From assembly GCA_963737065.1 (NCBI GenBank), contig CAVTRC010000001.1, positions 1,888,001-1,952,000 on the forward strand: a stretch of 64,000 nucleotides of DNA, read 5' to 3'. Origin of the DNA: Candidatus Eremiobacteria bacterium. GTDB lineage: Bacteria > Vulcanimicrobiota > Vulcanimicrobiia > Vulcanimicrobiales > Vulcanimicrobiaceae. The notes beneath the pieces are model-generated. The model saw only the letters and a program-made list of their open reading frames with translations, was not told where the DNA came from and made no database searches. The position numbers and the translations under genes were made by a program. How positions within the stretch are numbered: the first letter of the stretch is position 1; every line of letters begins with the position of its first letter. Shown here one piece after another: positions 42,309-50,752 of the stretch.

Positions 42309-42346
42309 AGCCCCCGCCGTCAAATGACAGCGGGGGCTTTCTTTTT
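42309..42346 (+). terminator. Attenuator terminator upstream of cysH
   Basis: agcccccgccgtca-aa-tgacagcgggggct stem followed by ttcttttt. Confidence 0.85.
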
Positions 42347-42357
42347 ACGGGAACGAC

Positions 42358-43086
42358 ATGGGAACGACTCTCGGCGAGAAGCGAGACGCGCTCGGCGTGA
42401 TTTCACGCGCCTTTTCCGATGCGGCGCCTCAAGACATTTTACGATATGCGATCGACGCGCATCCGCGCGTTGCGCTCGCGTGCTCGTTCGGTGGACCGTC
42501 GGGGATGGTGCTGCTTCATATGGCGACGCAGCTCGAACGCGTTGTGGACGTGTACTATCTCGATACGGGATTGCTCTTTCCGCAAACCTACGCGCTCATC
42601 GATGCCGTCCGAAAGCGATATGCGATCGAGCCGCTCGCCGTGCGCCCTTCGCGGTCGGTAGAGCAACAAGCGCAATCGCACGGAGCCGCGCTCTGGCAAC
42701 GCAATCCCGACGCCTGCTGTAGCTTACGCAAAGTCGAACCGCAGCAGGCGTTTCTGTCGCGATACGATGCGTGGATTACCGGCATCCGACGCGATCAGGC
42801 GCAAACGCGTGCGGCAACGCAGCCGATCGTCTGGGACGAAAAGTTTGGTCTCGTAAAAGTGAGCCCGCTTGCGAATTGGGACGAGGGCATGGTATGGGCG
42901 TACATCCGCGCGCACGACGTGCCATACAACGACCTCTACGACTACGGCTACACGAGCATCGGATGTGCGCCGTGCACGCGCGCGATCGCTCCGCACGAGG
43001 ATCCGCGCGCGGGCCGTTGGCCGGGCAACGCCAAAGTGGAGTGCGGTCTTCACGCGCCCCTCACTGACGGGAGGCATGTCGGATGA
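42358..43086 (+). CDS. cysH: Adenylyl-sulfate/phosphoadenylyl-sulfate reductase, Fe-S (APS) type
   Basis: LDTG, CC..RKVEP, TGIRRDQ, SIGCxxC, RAGRW, ECGLH. Confidence 0.93.
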   Translation: MGTTLGEKRDALGVISRAFSDAAPQDILRYAIDAHPRVALACSFGGPSGMVLLHMATQLERVVDVYYLDTGLLFPQTYALIDAVRKRYAIEPLAVRPSRSVEQQAQSHGAALWQRNPDACCSLRKVEPQQAFLSRYDAWITGIRRDQAQTRAATQPIVWDEKFGLVKVSPLANWDEGMVWAYIRAHDVPYNDLYDYGYTSIGCAPCTRAIAPHEDPRAGRWPGNAKVECGLHAPLTDGRHVG

Positions 43087-44804
43087 ACGAAGACCTCGTG
43101 ACGCTCGGCGCCGGTGAAGGCAGCAAAAACGAAGCGATCAAAATCGAAAGCGCGCATTTGCGCGGGACTATCGCGCAAACGATTGCTTCCGATGCGACGC
43201 ATTTCGAAGAAGTCGACGTGCAACTGCTGAAATTCCACGGAAGCTATCAACAAGAAGATCGCGACCGCCGGCGCGAGCGCAAAGAAGCCGGTGCAGAGAA
43301 GGCCTACCAATTCATGGTTCGCTCGCGCATCCCGGGCGGCGCCCTCAACGCCGAGCAATACCTCGCGCACGACGCAATTGCGCACGCGTACGCAAACGGG
43401 TCGATTCGACTGACGACCCGGCAGGGTATCCAGCTCCACGGCGTGCTGATGCACGAGCTGCGTCCGGCGATCAAGGCGATCAACGACTCGTTACTCTCAA
43501 CGCTCGCCGCGTGCGGCGATGTCAATCGAAACGTGATGGCGTGCGCAGCTCCCGCTCGCGACGCCGCGCACGTCGCCGTCTTGGAGTACGCGCGCCGCAT
43601 CGCGATGCATCTCGCTCCGCGCACGCGCGCATATCATGAAATCTGGCTCGAGGGCGAGAAGCTCGAGCTGCAGCACGGTGCCGTCGCAGAGGAGCCGATT
43701 TACGGCGATACGTACTTGCCGCGGAAATTCAAGATCGGCGTCACGATGCCGGACGATAACTGTATCGACGTGTATACGCAAGATATCGGGCTCGTCGCTG
43801 AATTCGACGCACGGGACGGCGTGGCGGGATTCACGGTTCTGATCGGCGGCGGCATGGGTTCCACGCACGGAAAGAGCGAGACATTTCCCCGGCTCGCGAC
43901 GCCGCTCTGCTTTATTCCCGCGGAAGACGCCATAGAAGTCGCCGAAACGATCGTGACGATTCACCGGGACTACGGCGATCGCAAGAATCGACGGCACGCG
44001 CGCATGAAATACGTCGTCGAAGAACGCGGCATCGAATGGTTCCGCGAGCAACTCGAACAGCGCTTGGGGCGGCGCGTTGCCGATCCGCACGATGTGCGCT
44101 TTAGCGCGGCACACGATCATCTCGGATGGCAGCGCCAGCTCGATGCTTCGTGGTCGCTCGGGCTCTTCATCGAAAACGGGCGCATCGTCGACAGCGCCCG
44201 GAGCATGCTGCGCACCGCACTGCGGGAGGTCGTTACCATGCTGCGCCCCGGGTTGCGCATTACGCCCCAGCAGAACCTTATCCTGACCGGCATCCCGGCC
44301 AAGGCGCGCAGACACGTCGAGGCCATGCTCAGACATTACGGCGTTGTTGCCGATGCCGAGGACGTGGGATTGCGACGCGGAGCCATGGCGTGTCCGGCAC
44401 TTCCGACGTGCGGGCTCGCCGTCGCGGAGGCCGAACGCGCGTTGCCGGCGCTCGTGGACCGCGTGGAACGCGACTTGACCGCGCTCGGGCTCGCGGAGGA
44501 ACCGGTCAGCATTCGGATGACCGGTTGCCCGAACGGTTGCGCGCGCCCGCGCATGGGCGACATCGGCATCGTCGGGCGCTCTCTCGGGCTCTACGACATC
44601 TTCCTCGGCGGCGATGCGCCGAACACGCGACTGAATGAACTCTACGCGCAGGGCGTCGCATCCGATGCTATCGTCTCCGTGCTACATGACGCGTTTGAGT
44701 TGTGGAAGCACGAACGCCTACCCGGAGAACGATTCGGCGATTTCGCGCACCGTTTTGGCGTGGGGCGGCTGCGCGAAGCGGCGAAGGCATTACGATCTGC
44801 GTGA
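43083..44804 (+). CDS. cysI: Assimilatory sulfite reductase hemoprotein
   Basis: KFHGSYQQ.DRD, LTTRQ, ACGDVNRN, YLPRKFK, CPALPTC, TGCPNGC. Confidence 0.93.
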   Translation: MNEDLVTLGAGEGSKNEAIKIESAHLRGTIAQTIASDATHFEEVDVQLLKFHGSYQQEDRDRRRERKEAGAEKAYQFMVRSRIPGGALNAEQYLAHDAIAHAYANGSIRLTTRQGIQLHGVLMHELRPAIKAINDSLLSTLAACGDVNRNVMACAAPARDAAHVAVLEYARRIAMHLAPRTRAYHEIWLEGEKLELQHGAVAEEPIYGDTYLPRKFKIGVTMPDDNCIDVYTQDIGLVAEFDARDGVAGFTVLIGGGMGSTHGKSETFPRLATPLCFIPAEDAIEVAETIVTIHRDYGDRKNRRHARMKYVVEERGIEWFREQLEQRLGRRVADPHDVRFSAAHDHLGWQRQLDASWSLGLFIENGRIVDSARSMLRTALREVVTMLRPGLRITPQQNLILTGIPAKARRHVEAMLRHYGVVADAEDVGLRRGAMACPALPTCGLAVAEAERALPALVDRVERDLTALGLAEEPVSIRMTGCPNGCARPRMGDIGIVGRSLGLYDIFLGGDAPNTRLNELYAQGVASDAIVSVLHDAFELWKHERLPGERFGDFAHRFGVGRLREAAKALRSA

Positions 44805-45562
44805 CTGCCGAACTCGTCGTCATCGGCTTTTTTGTCGGAGTGCTCGTCGGGCTAACCGGCGTGGGCGGCGGCAGCATCATGACGCCCGTTCTCGTCGTGC
44901 TAGGAGTCAATCCACTCGTGGCGGTCGGAACCGACTTGCTCTATAGCGTTCCGACGAAACTCTACGGCGCGTACCTTCATGGACGCCAAGGCACGATCGA
45001 CCGGCGGATCGTTTTGCTGCTGCTCTGCGGCGGCGTCCCGGCTGCCATCGCCGGCACCGCGTTCGTTTTGTGGTCGCGCCAGCATGTCGACATCGCAATG
45101 ATCGAATCATGGACGCGACGCGCGATCGGCGCGTCTCTGATGCTTGCGGCAGCGCTAATGCTTGCGCGTCCGCTGATCGCACGCGGTTTGCCGCCGCCAC
45201 CGCCGGCCGCGATACCGGGGTGGCGGATCGCAGCGATCGGCGCTGCCGTCGGTTTTATCGTCACGCTGACGTCGATCGGCAGCGGATCGCTGACGCTCCC
45301 GCTGCTCTCGATGGCCCTGCCGTCGATCGGACTCGCGCGCCTCGTCGGTTCGGACATTGCGTTCGCGGCTCTGCTTATTCCGACGGCGGCCGTCGGACGC
45401 TGGTCGATGGGCGACGTGAACCTCGGCATCGCGATCGCGCTGCTTACCGGATCGCTGCCCGGCATTTTCGTCGGAACGAAATTGTGCGCACGCTTGCAGA
45501 CCCGCTGGCTGCGTCCCGCCGTTGCGCTCACCCTTGTTTTCGTCGGCTCACGTCTAATCTAG
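44801..45562 (+). CDS. TauE/SafE family sulfur-oxyanion transporter
   Basis: GLTGVGGGSIMTP, AVGTDL, TSIGSG, LVGSD, GSLPG; GTGA overlap with cysI stop. Confidence 0.9.
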   Translation: MTAELVVIGFFVGVLVGLTGVGGGSIMTPVLVVLGVNPLVAVGTDLLYSVPTKLYGAYLHGRQGTIDRRIVLLLLCGGVPAAIAGTAFVLWSRQHVDIAMIESWTRRAIGASLMLAAALMLARPLIARGLPPPPPAAIPGWRIAAIGAAVGFIVTLTSIGSGSLTLPLLSMALPSIGLARLVGSDIAFAALLIPTAAVGRWSMGDVNLGIAIALLTGSLPGIFVGTKLCARLQTRWLRPAVALTLVFVGSRLI

Positions 45563-45678
45563 GGTCAGTTCACGACGGCGTCGCTGTCATTACTGCAGCG
45601 TGGTTTGGTCACACCTCCGACGTGCTCGCTGGCATCGCAGTCATGGCTCACGGGAGAAGAATATGGGCCGTTCTCGTT

Positions 45679-45737
45679 ACTTACATGTACAGGCACGTAC
45701 GTACACTGTATTGACATGTAAGTCACTGTAGTACAAT
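45679..45737 (+). promoter_or_regulatory. TA promoter with inverted-repeat operator
   Basis: ACTTACATGT (45679) / ACATGTAAGT (45714) perfect inverted repeat overlapping TTGACA (45711); TACAAT at 45732 (short 15-nt spacer). Confidence 0.6.
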
Positions 45738-45776
45738 AGGCGTCGAAGCCGAACGACCCGGAGACTGCGAGTCGCT

Positions 45777-46060
45777 ATGGTGCTCGGACCCCAGCGTAAA
45801 ACAGGAGAGATTTAATGCTCGCCTGTCTGAAGAACAGAAAGCAGATACTTCAACGAGCGGCTGACCTTCAGGGCATGTCTTTGTCGGATTTTGTCCTAAG
45901 CTCGGCGCATGATGAAGCACTTCGGATTATCGAAGCGCATGAAATTATACGCCTTTCTAAGCGCGACAGCGAGGCGTTTTTGCAGGCTCTTGAATCCCCG
46001 CCTGCTGCAAGTAGACATGTGATCGAGCGATTTGCTAAGGCGGGGAAGCAACGCGCGTAA
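45777..46060 (+). CDS. DUF1778 (RHH) antitoxin (indels in A-runs near 45800 and 45840)
   Basis: ERFNARLSEEQK/QILQRAADLQGMSLSDFVL..A...A..II......LS.RD...F..AL..PP. Confidence 0.82.
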
Positions 46061-46543
46061 GTGATCGAAGGCATAGCCTTTCAGCCGCTCGCGAAGTATC
46101 ACGACCGAGCGGCTTTTACTCGTTCCGGACAAGAGTGCGCGATTCTTCAGGAATATTTGAGGAACGATGCGCGCGGGCCCCGGGAACACCGAAAACACGT
46201 AACCGCTCTGCATGTGATGGTGCAAGAATCGGCACCATCGCTTATTTGTGCCTACTTTACGCTCTCTAGCGCGAGTCTAAGAATTGAAGAATTGCGCAAA
46301 AATATTGTGAAGGGGTTGCCGACGTATCGCATGATGCCGGCTTTAAAACTCGGGCGCATGGCTGTTGACGATCGTTTTCGTGCGCACGACCTTGGCACCG
46401 TACTTATACAGGAGGCGTTCAAGATCGCGGTTCGATTAAAGGATGCCGTTGGCTTTGTTGCTATGCTCGCGGACGCGAAGACTGACAACCTAGTCAACTA
46501 CTATCGCTTTTCATCATGCAGCCCACGATGGAGCAGATACTAA
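46061..46543 (+). CDS. GNAT toxin (AtaT/TacT-like), C-terminus atypical
   Basis: HDR..F..G...L..YL, YFTLS, P..KLGRMAVD; directly after DUF1778. Confidence 0.8.
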   Translation: MIEGIAFQPLAKYHDRAAFTRSGQECAILQEYLRNDARGPREHRKHVTALHVMVQESAPSLICAYFTLSSASLRIEELRKNIVKGLPTYRMMPALKLGRMAVDDRFRAHDLGTVLIQEAFKIAVRLKDAVGFVAMLADAKTDNLVNYYRFSSCSPRWSRY

Positions 46544-46783
46544 GCGCGTCGTAAAAACCGTTGCTGCTAAACCGCGGCAGGGCAAGATCGGCCTAAACGT
46601 TGAGCTGTTGCATCGTATGCAACCGCTTCGGACGCACGAGATTCGTGCGGACAAGGGTACAAATGACGCCGAAGTTGCTGGATGCTTGAAAAATCTATAT
46701 GGGACAAGCTGAGGGCGATTAGCCGGCGTCCGGAAGCAGAGTTTCAACGCAAACGTTGCAGTTTACCGCGAAATTCAAAGCGG

Positions 46784-48220
46784 CTATTGCGCCGTATTTT
46801 CTGCGACCCGTACAATACGCGTTGCCATCTGCGAGAAAATCCACTCGTGGAAGATCGCGACGCTATACCAATACAAGTAGCCGTAGAGTCCCCGCGGCTC
46901 AAAAAACGCAGTCTGCTTTAATTCAGTGCCGCCGTTGCCATCGGGGCTTGCTTCAAATTCCAGCCATGCGCTGCCGGGTAGTCGCATTTCGGCGCGCAAT
47001 CGCAGAATATGACCCGGCTCGTATGCGTCGACGCGCCAGAAATCGACCGCATCTCCCACACGCAGCTCGGTAGGTGAGCGGCGACCGCGGCGCAATCCGA
47101 CACCGCCGCTCCAGCGGTCGAGCAATCCGCGCAATTCCCATAGCGCTCGCCCCGCAAGCCACCCGCGCTTACCGCCGAGCGCGCTAAACACTGCAGCCAC
47201 CCGTTCGGGCGGAGCTGCAGTTTTGCGGGTACGCCGGTCGATCAGCATACCTTCCTTGACGCCCATGAATTCGCCTGACATCTTTCGCACGTCGAACGCG
47301 TCGAACCACGTCGTCTCCGGGCCCGCGGCCGAATAACGGCTCAATGCAAGGCGAATCGCCTCTTCGAGAGGCATCGGAACGATCTCCGGAAAATCGCGTG
47401 CGGCGTTGTGATCGTGCACGACCACTTCGTTATGCAAGCCGAGAATCAACGGTTGCGCGATCTTCGCGGGAATCGGCGTGACCAGATGAATCCAATACGA
47501 GGACAGGCGTGCGGTCAACACGGGTACGACGACGATGCGCCGTTTCAATGCGCGTATTCGGGCATACATCATCATCATATCGCGGTACGATAACACGTCG
47601 CTGCCGCCGATTTCGTAGGTTTGCCCGCTGCTCTGGGGCCGATCCAGGGCGTTGGTCAGATACGCGAGCACGTCGTCGATACCGATCGGCTGACATTTCG
47701 TCATCACCCATTTTGGCGCGACCATCACGGGCAAACGTTCGGTGAGATAACGGACCATTTCAAAACTGACGGAACCGCTGCCGACAATTTGCGCCGCACG
47801 AAATTCTGTTACGGCTACGCCGCTCTCGCGTAACACATCGCCGACCTCGTGACGGCTTTGCAAATGTTTGGAAAGCGACGCGGTGTCTTCGCCGAGTCCG
47901 CCGAGATAAATAATACGGCGAGGGCCGGCGGCGGCACATGCCTTTCCGAACGTTCGCGCGGCATCTCGATCGGCATCCACGAATTTGCGCGTCTCGCTCA
48001 TGGAATGGACCAGGTAATACGCGCATTCCACCCCGCCGAGCGCAGGCGCGAGCGTCGACGCATCGTTGACATCGCCTTCGAAGAGTTGCGCGCCGTTGAA
48101 GCGTCCCGCAAGCCGCCGCGCATCGCGCGCCAGGCAACGAACGTCATATCCGCGTTCGATGAGTCGCGGCACGAGCCGTCCGCCGATATACCCCGTAGCT
48201 CCGGTTACAAGCACGCGCAT
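46784..48220 (-). CDS. SDR/NAD-dependent epimerase with DUF2867-like C-domain
   Basis: GATGYIG, YYLVHSM, YLGGLG, GSGS.SFE, GDAVDFWRV, AEM.LPG.AWL, G.LYWY. Confidence 0.88.
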   Translation of the reverse strand: MRVLVTGATGYIGGRLVPRLIERGYDVRCLARDARRLAGRFNGAQLFEGDVNDASTLAPALGGVECAYYLVHSMSETRKFVDADRDAARTFGKACAAAGPRRIIYLGGLGEDTASLSKHLQSRHEVGDVLRESGVAVTEFRAAQIVGSGSVSFEMVRYLTERLPVMVAPKWVMTKCQPIGIDDVLAYLTNALDRPQSSGQTYEIGGSDVLSYRDMMMMYARIRALKRRIVVVPVLTARLSSYWIHLVTPIPAKIAQPLILGLHNEVVVHDHNAARDFPEIVPMPLEEAIRLALSRYSAAGPETTWFDAFDVRKMSGEFMGVKEGMLIDRRTRKTAAPPERVAAVFSALGGKRGWLAGRALWELRGLLDRWSGGVGLRRGRRSPTELRVGDAVDFWRVDAYEPGHILRLRAEMRLPGSAWLEFEASPDGNGGTELKQTAFFEPRGLYGYLYWYSVAIFHEWIFSQMATRIVRVAENTAQ

Positions 48221-48461
48221 ACGTGCCTCGTACCCGCGGTGCGCAAAAACGCGCGCTACGCGGCGAACCTTGAAGACCTGACGAAGCTAAGGCCGTGCTT
48301 CAGCTACGTTGCGAGCAGGACCGATGAATTAGGAAAGAGCTCTTCCGCGAAGCATCCGCGCTTAGCAGCACCGCGGATCATTTTTTCCCGAACTATCTCA
48401 CGTAGCGTCAGCTCTACGCCTTTCAGCGCTCTCCAAATCCGGTAGATCGTCGTCGCCATTT

Positions 48462-48901
48462 TCAGCCTGCCAGGCTCCGAACGTAGTCACGAACCAAAGA
48501 GCTCGTTATGCCCCCATCATCTACGAGTCCAAGTCCTCCCAATATACCAAGATGCGAATTAAACGCATCCGTTGCAGGAAAACCATTTATTGCTACTTGG
48601 TGAAGCGCGTGGGGTCTAAGTGGCGACTTGTTGCGTCGGTAGATTATGCATCGGTTGATGATTTCTGTAATCAGTTTGCAGAACTGGGCGCGACGCTCGT
48701 CAAGTGTGTGCCGCAATAGCATTGCAATGGCCGAGCTTTTCGATCCGCCAGTCCAGAACTGGCTAACGCTGACTGCGGCAGCAGCGCCGGGGAATGAGAT
48801 ACGCTGATCAGCATGTGGGTGCGGTGTTCCGGGTAGGAGATCGTAGATTCGTCCGCTAGCGACGCGATTGCTTGAACCTCCCTTGCCGTAAGCGCCATCA
48901 T
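48462..48901 (-). other. Possible degraded lower-GC hypothetical gene
   Basis: Two overlapping short ORFs (76 and 86 aa) in a visibly AT-richer stretch; no motif recognised. Confidence 0.25.
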
Positions 48902-48915
48902 GTCAACTTTCGTGA

Positions 48916-49400
48916 TTACGCGCGAGATAGCTCCCGAACTTCAATCACGATTTCGCCCTCTTTGCCATGGCGCTGCACGATTTCGACGTCGATCCCAAGG
49001 CGTGCAAGGATGTTCAGCAGCCTGTCGGTGGAGTAGCGCGAACCGCGGCCGTGCTGAATCCTCGAAATGTCGGATTGGTCGAGACCAGTGACTTCCACCG
49101 CGTCCTTTTGCGTAAATCCTCTTCGCTTCATCGCAGCGTTGATGACGTTCATCAGCCGTGCTTCTGAAAAGCGTGCAGCGCGTAAACCGTATCGTCGAGC
49201 TCGATGGTGTACGCACAGCGAAACGGTGCTGTCTCTTCGGTCGTTGTGCGCTCGTATCTCAACCAGGTCGCGCAGGTCGCCGTGCAGCGCGAGATCGAGG
49301 GCGTAGCCGATGTCATCTTGGACCTCCTCCGGCATTGCCTTCAGGTTTCTCTTCGAGGATCCGATCCATGCGATTGGTTTCTGACGCTGCCTTGTCACCC
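48916..49400 (-). pseudogene. Decayed RelE/Gp49-like toxin plus XRE-HTH antitoxin module
   Basis: KPIAWIGSSK..L...P..V....GYAL and FRCAYT.....VYALHAFQK in different frames; then TQ..A....G..Q..ISRI..G....YS.DRL HTH. Confidence 0.72.
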
Positions 49401-49557
49401 ATGGCAATTTGCCATGGAGTCAGCTCGTTCAACCGCCTGCCGCAGCGCGGGTGGTCGGTCAGGCTGCTCCGCCGACGGCGCACTTCGGCTCCGGACAACG
49501 GTCAAGGTCCGCTGAAGGTGTAGTGCTAAGGGGATCAGTTATATAAAATAAGCTCAC

Positions 49558-49630
49558 GGGCGATTAGCTCAGCTGGGAGAGCGCCTCCCTTACAAGGAGG
49601 ATGTCGGCGGTTCGAGCCCGTCATCGCCCA
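49558..49630 (+). tRNA. tRNA-Val (TAC), CCA not encoded
   Basis: GGGCGAT acceptor / ATCGCCC-A; anticodon arm CCTCC-CTTACAA-GGAGG; GGTTCGAGCCC T arm. Confidence 0.96.
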
Positions 49631-49769
49631 TTTGCCCCGAGCTTCCGCCTGTGGACTTCGTTGACCGCATGCTTCGTGGACCGTAGTCCACTTCGCAGGC
49701 GGTCGCCTCGCCACAGGCGGAAGCTCGGGGCAAAATCGACTTTGGGTGGCGACGTGTGCGAGGTGAGTT

Positions 49770-50543
49770 GTGAAGTTGATGAATGTGTCGGTTGAGCGGG
49801 TTGGGGCGACGGCGATTGTTACGATGCGGCGGCCCGAGAAGCGGAACGCGCTTTCCTTAGAGATGATGCGCGAACTGGAGGAAACGCTTGCGCAGCTCGA
49901 CCGCGATAGAGATGCGCGCGTCGTTATCATTGCGGGTGATGGGCCGGCGTTTTCGGCCGGTCACGACTTGCGCGAGTTGTGCGGCGCTGAACCGACTGAA
50001 TATGAAGATATTTTTGAGCAGTGCGTGCGGTTGATGACGCGCGTGCAGGCGATCCGGCAGCCGGTGATCGCGGAAATCAATGCGGTCGCTACGGCGGCGG
50101 GATGTCAGTTGGTCGCGACATGCGATTTGGCGATTGCGTCGACCGATGCGCGGTTTGCAACGCCCGGCGTGCGGATTGGGCTCTTTTGTAGTACGCCGAT
50201 GGTCGCGCTCTCGCGGTCGATCGGGCAAAAGCGCGCGATGGAGATGCTCTTGACCGGTGCGATGATCGACGCGAGAACGGCGCTGGAGTGGGGGCTCGTG
50301 AATCGCGTCGTGCCGCCCGAGGATCTGCGCGAAGCCACCCTGACGCTCGCTGAAAAAATCGCTGAGGCGAGCGGCGAGATCGTCGGCATTGGGAAGAGCG
50401 CGTTCTATCGCCAGATCGACCTGGATCAGGCGGCGGCGTACGCGTATACGAAAGGCGTAATGGTCCAAAATGCCCAGTTGGCGAACGCGCAAGAAGGCAT
50501 CAGCGCGTTCCTCGAAAAGCGCGCTCCGACGTGGATTGGTTAA
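49770..50543 (+). CDS. Enoyl-CoA hydratase family protein
   Basis: RPEKRNALS, FSAGHDL, ATAAGCQLVA.CD, FATPGV.IGLFCSTP, AF.EKR.P.W. Confidence 0.92.
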   Translation: MKLMNVSVERVGATAIVTMRRPEKRNALSLEMMRELEETLAQLDRDRDARVVIIAGDGPAFSAGHDLRELCGAEPTEYEDIFEQCVRLMTRVQAIRQPVIAEINAVATAAGCQLVATCDLAIASTDARFATPGVRIGLFCSTPMVALSRSIGQKRAMEMLLTGAMIDARTALEWGLVNRVVPPEDLREATLTLAEKIAEASGEIVGIGKSAFYRQIDLDQAAAYAYTKGVMVQNAQLANAQEGISAFLEKRAPTWIG

Positions 50544-50606
50544 CGGCCGTGTAAAAAATCCGCTTGCTTGCTGTCGCGGAAGGTGGCACTCTGCTAGGCT
50601 AGAACC

Positions 50607-50747
50607 ATCGAGTGACACCGGCGCAGCATGAGAACGTGGGCGCTTCGCTGCGGAAGATACGGTAACACAGACGTCGCCCACACCCGGTATGCGGGAAACC
50701 GCATACGCGACGGCATACAGGCTCGCTACGCGAGCCTGTATGTTTTT
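50607..50747 (+). ncRNA. Unidentified structured RNA or leader
   Basis: Extended -10 TGCTAGGCT at 50592; GAAA-capped hairpin 50687-50706; competing stems; ends in terminator. Confidence 0.4.
50714..50747 (+). terminator. Intrinsic terminator
   Basis: catacaggctcgc-tac-gcgagcctgtatg (13-bp perfect stem) followed by TTTTT. Confidence 0.85.
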
Positions 50748-50752
50748 CTGGA

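Noticed and set aside
50578..50592. AAGGTGGCAC resembling a T-box bulge upstream of an ileS-containing operon
   Set aside because: Only about 35 bp after the previous stop, no room for Stem I, lacks the ACC, and lies upstream of the candidate -10
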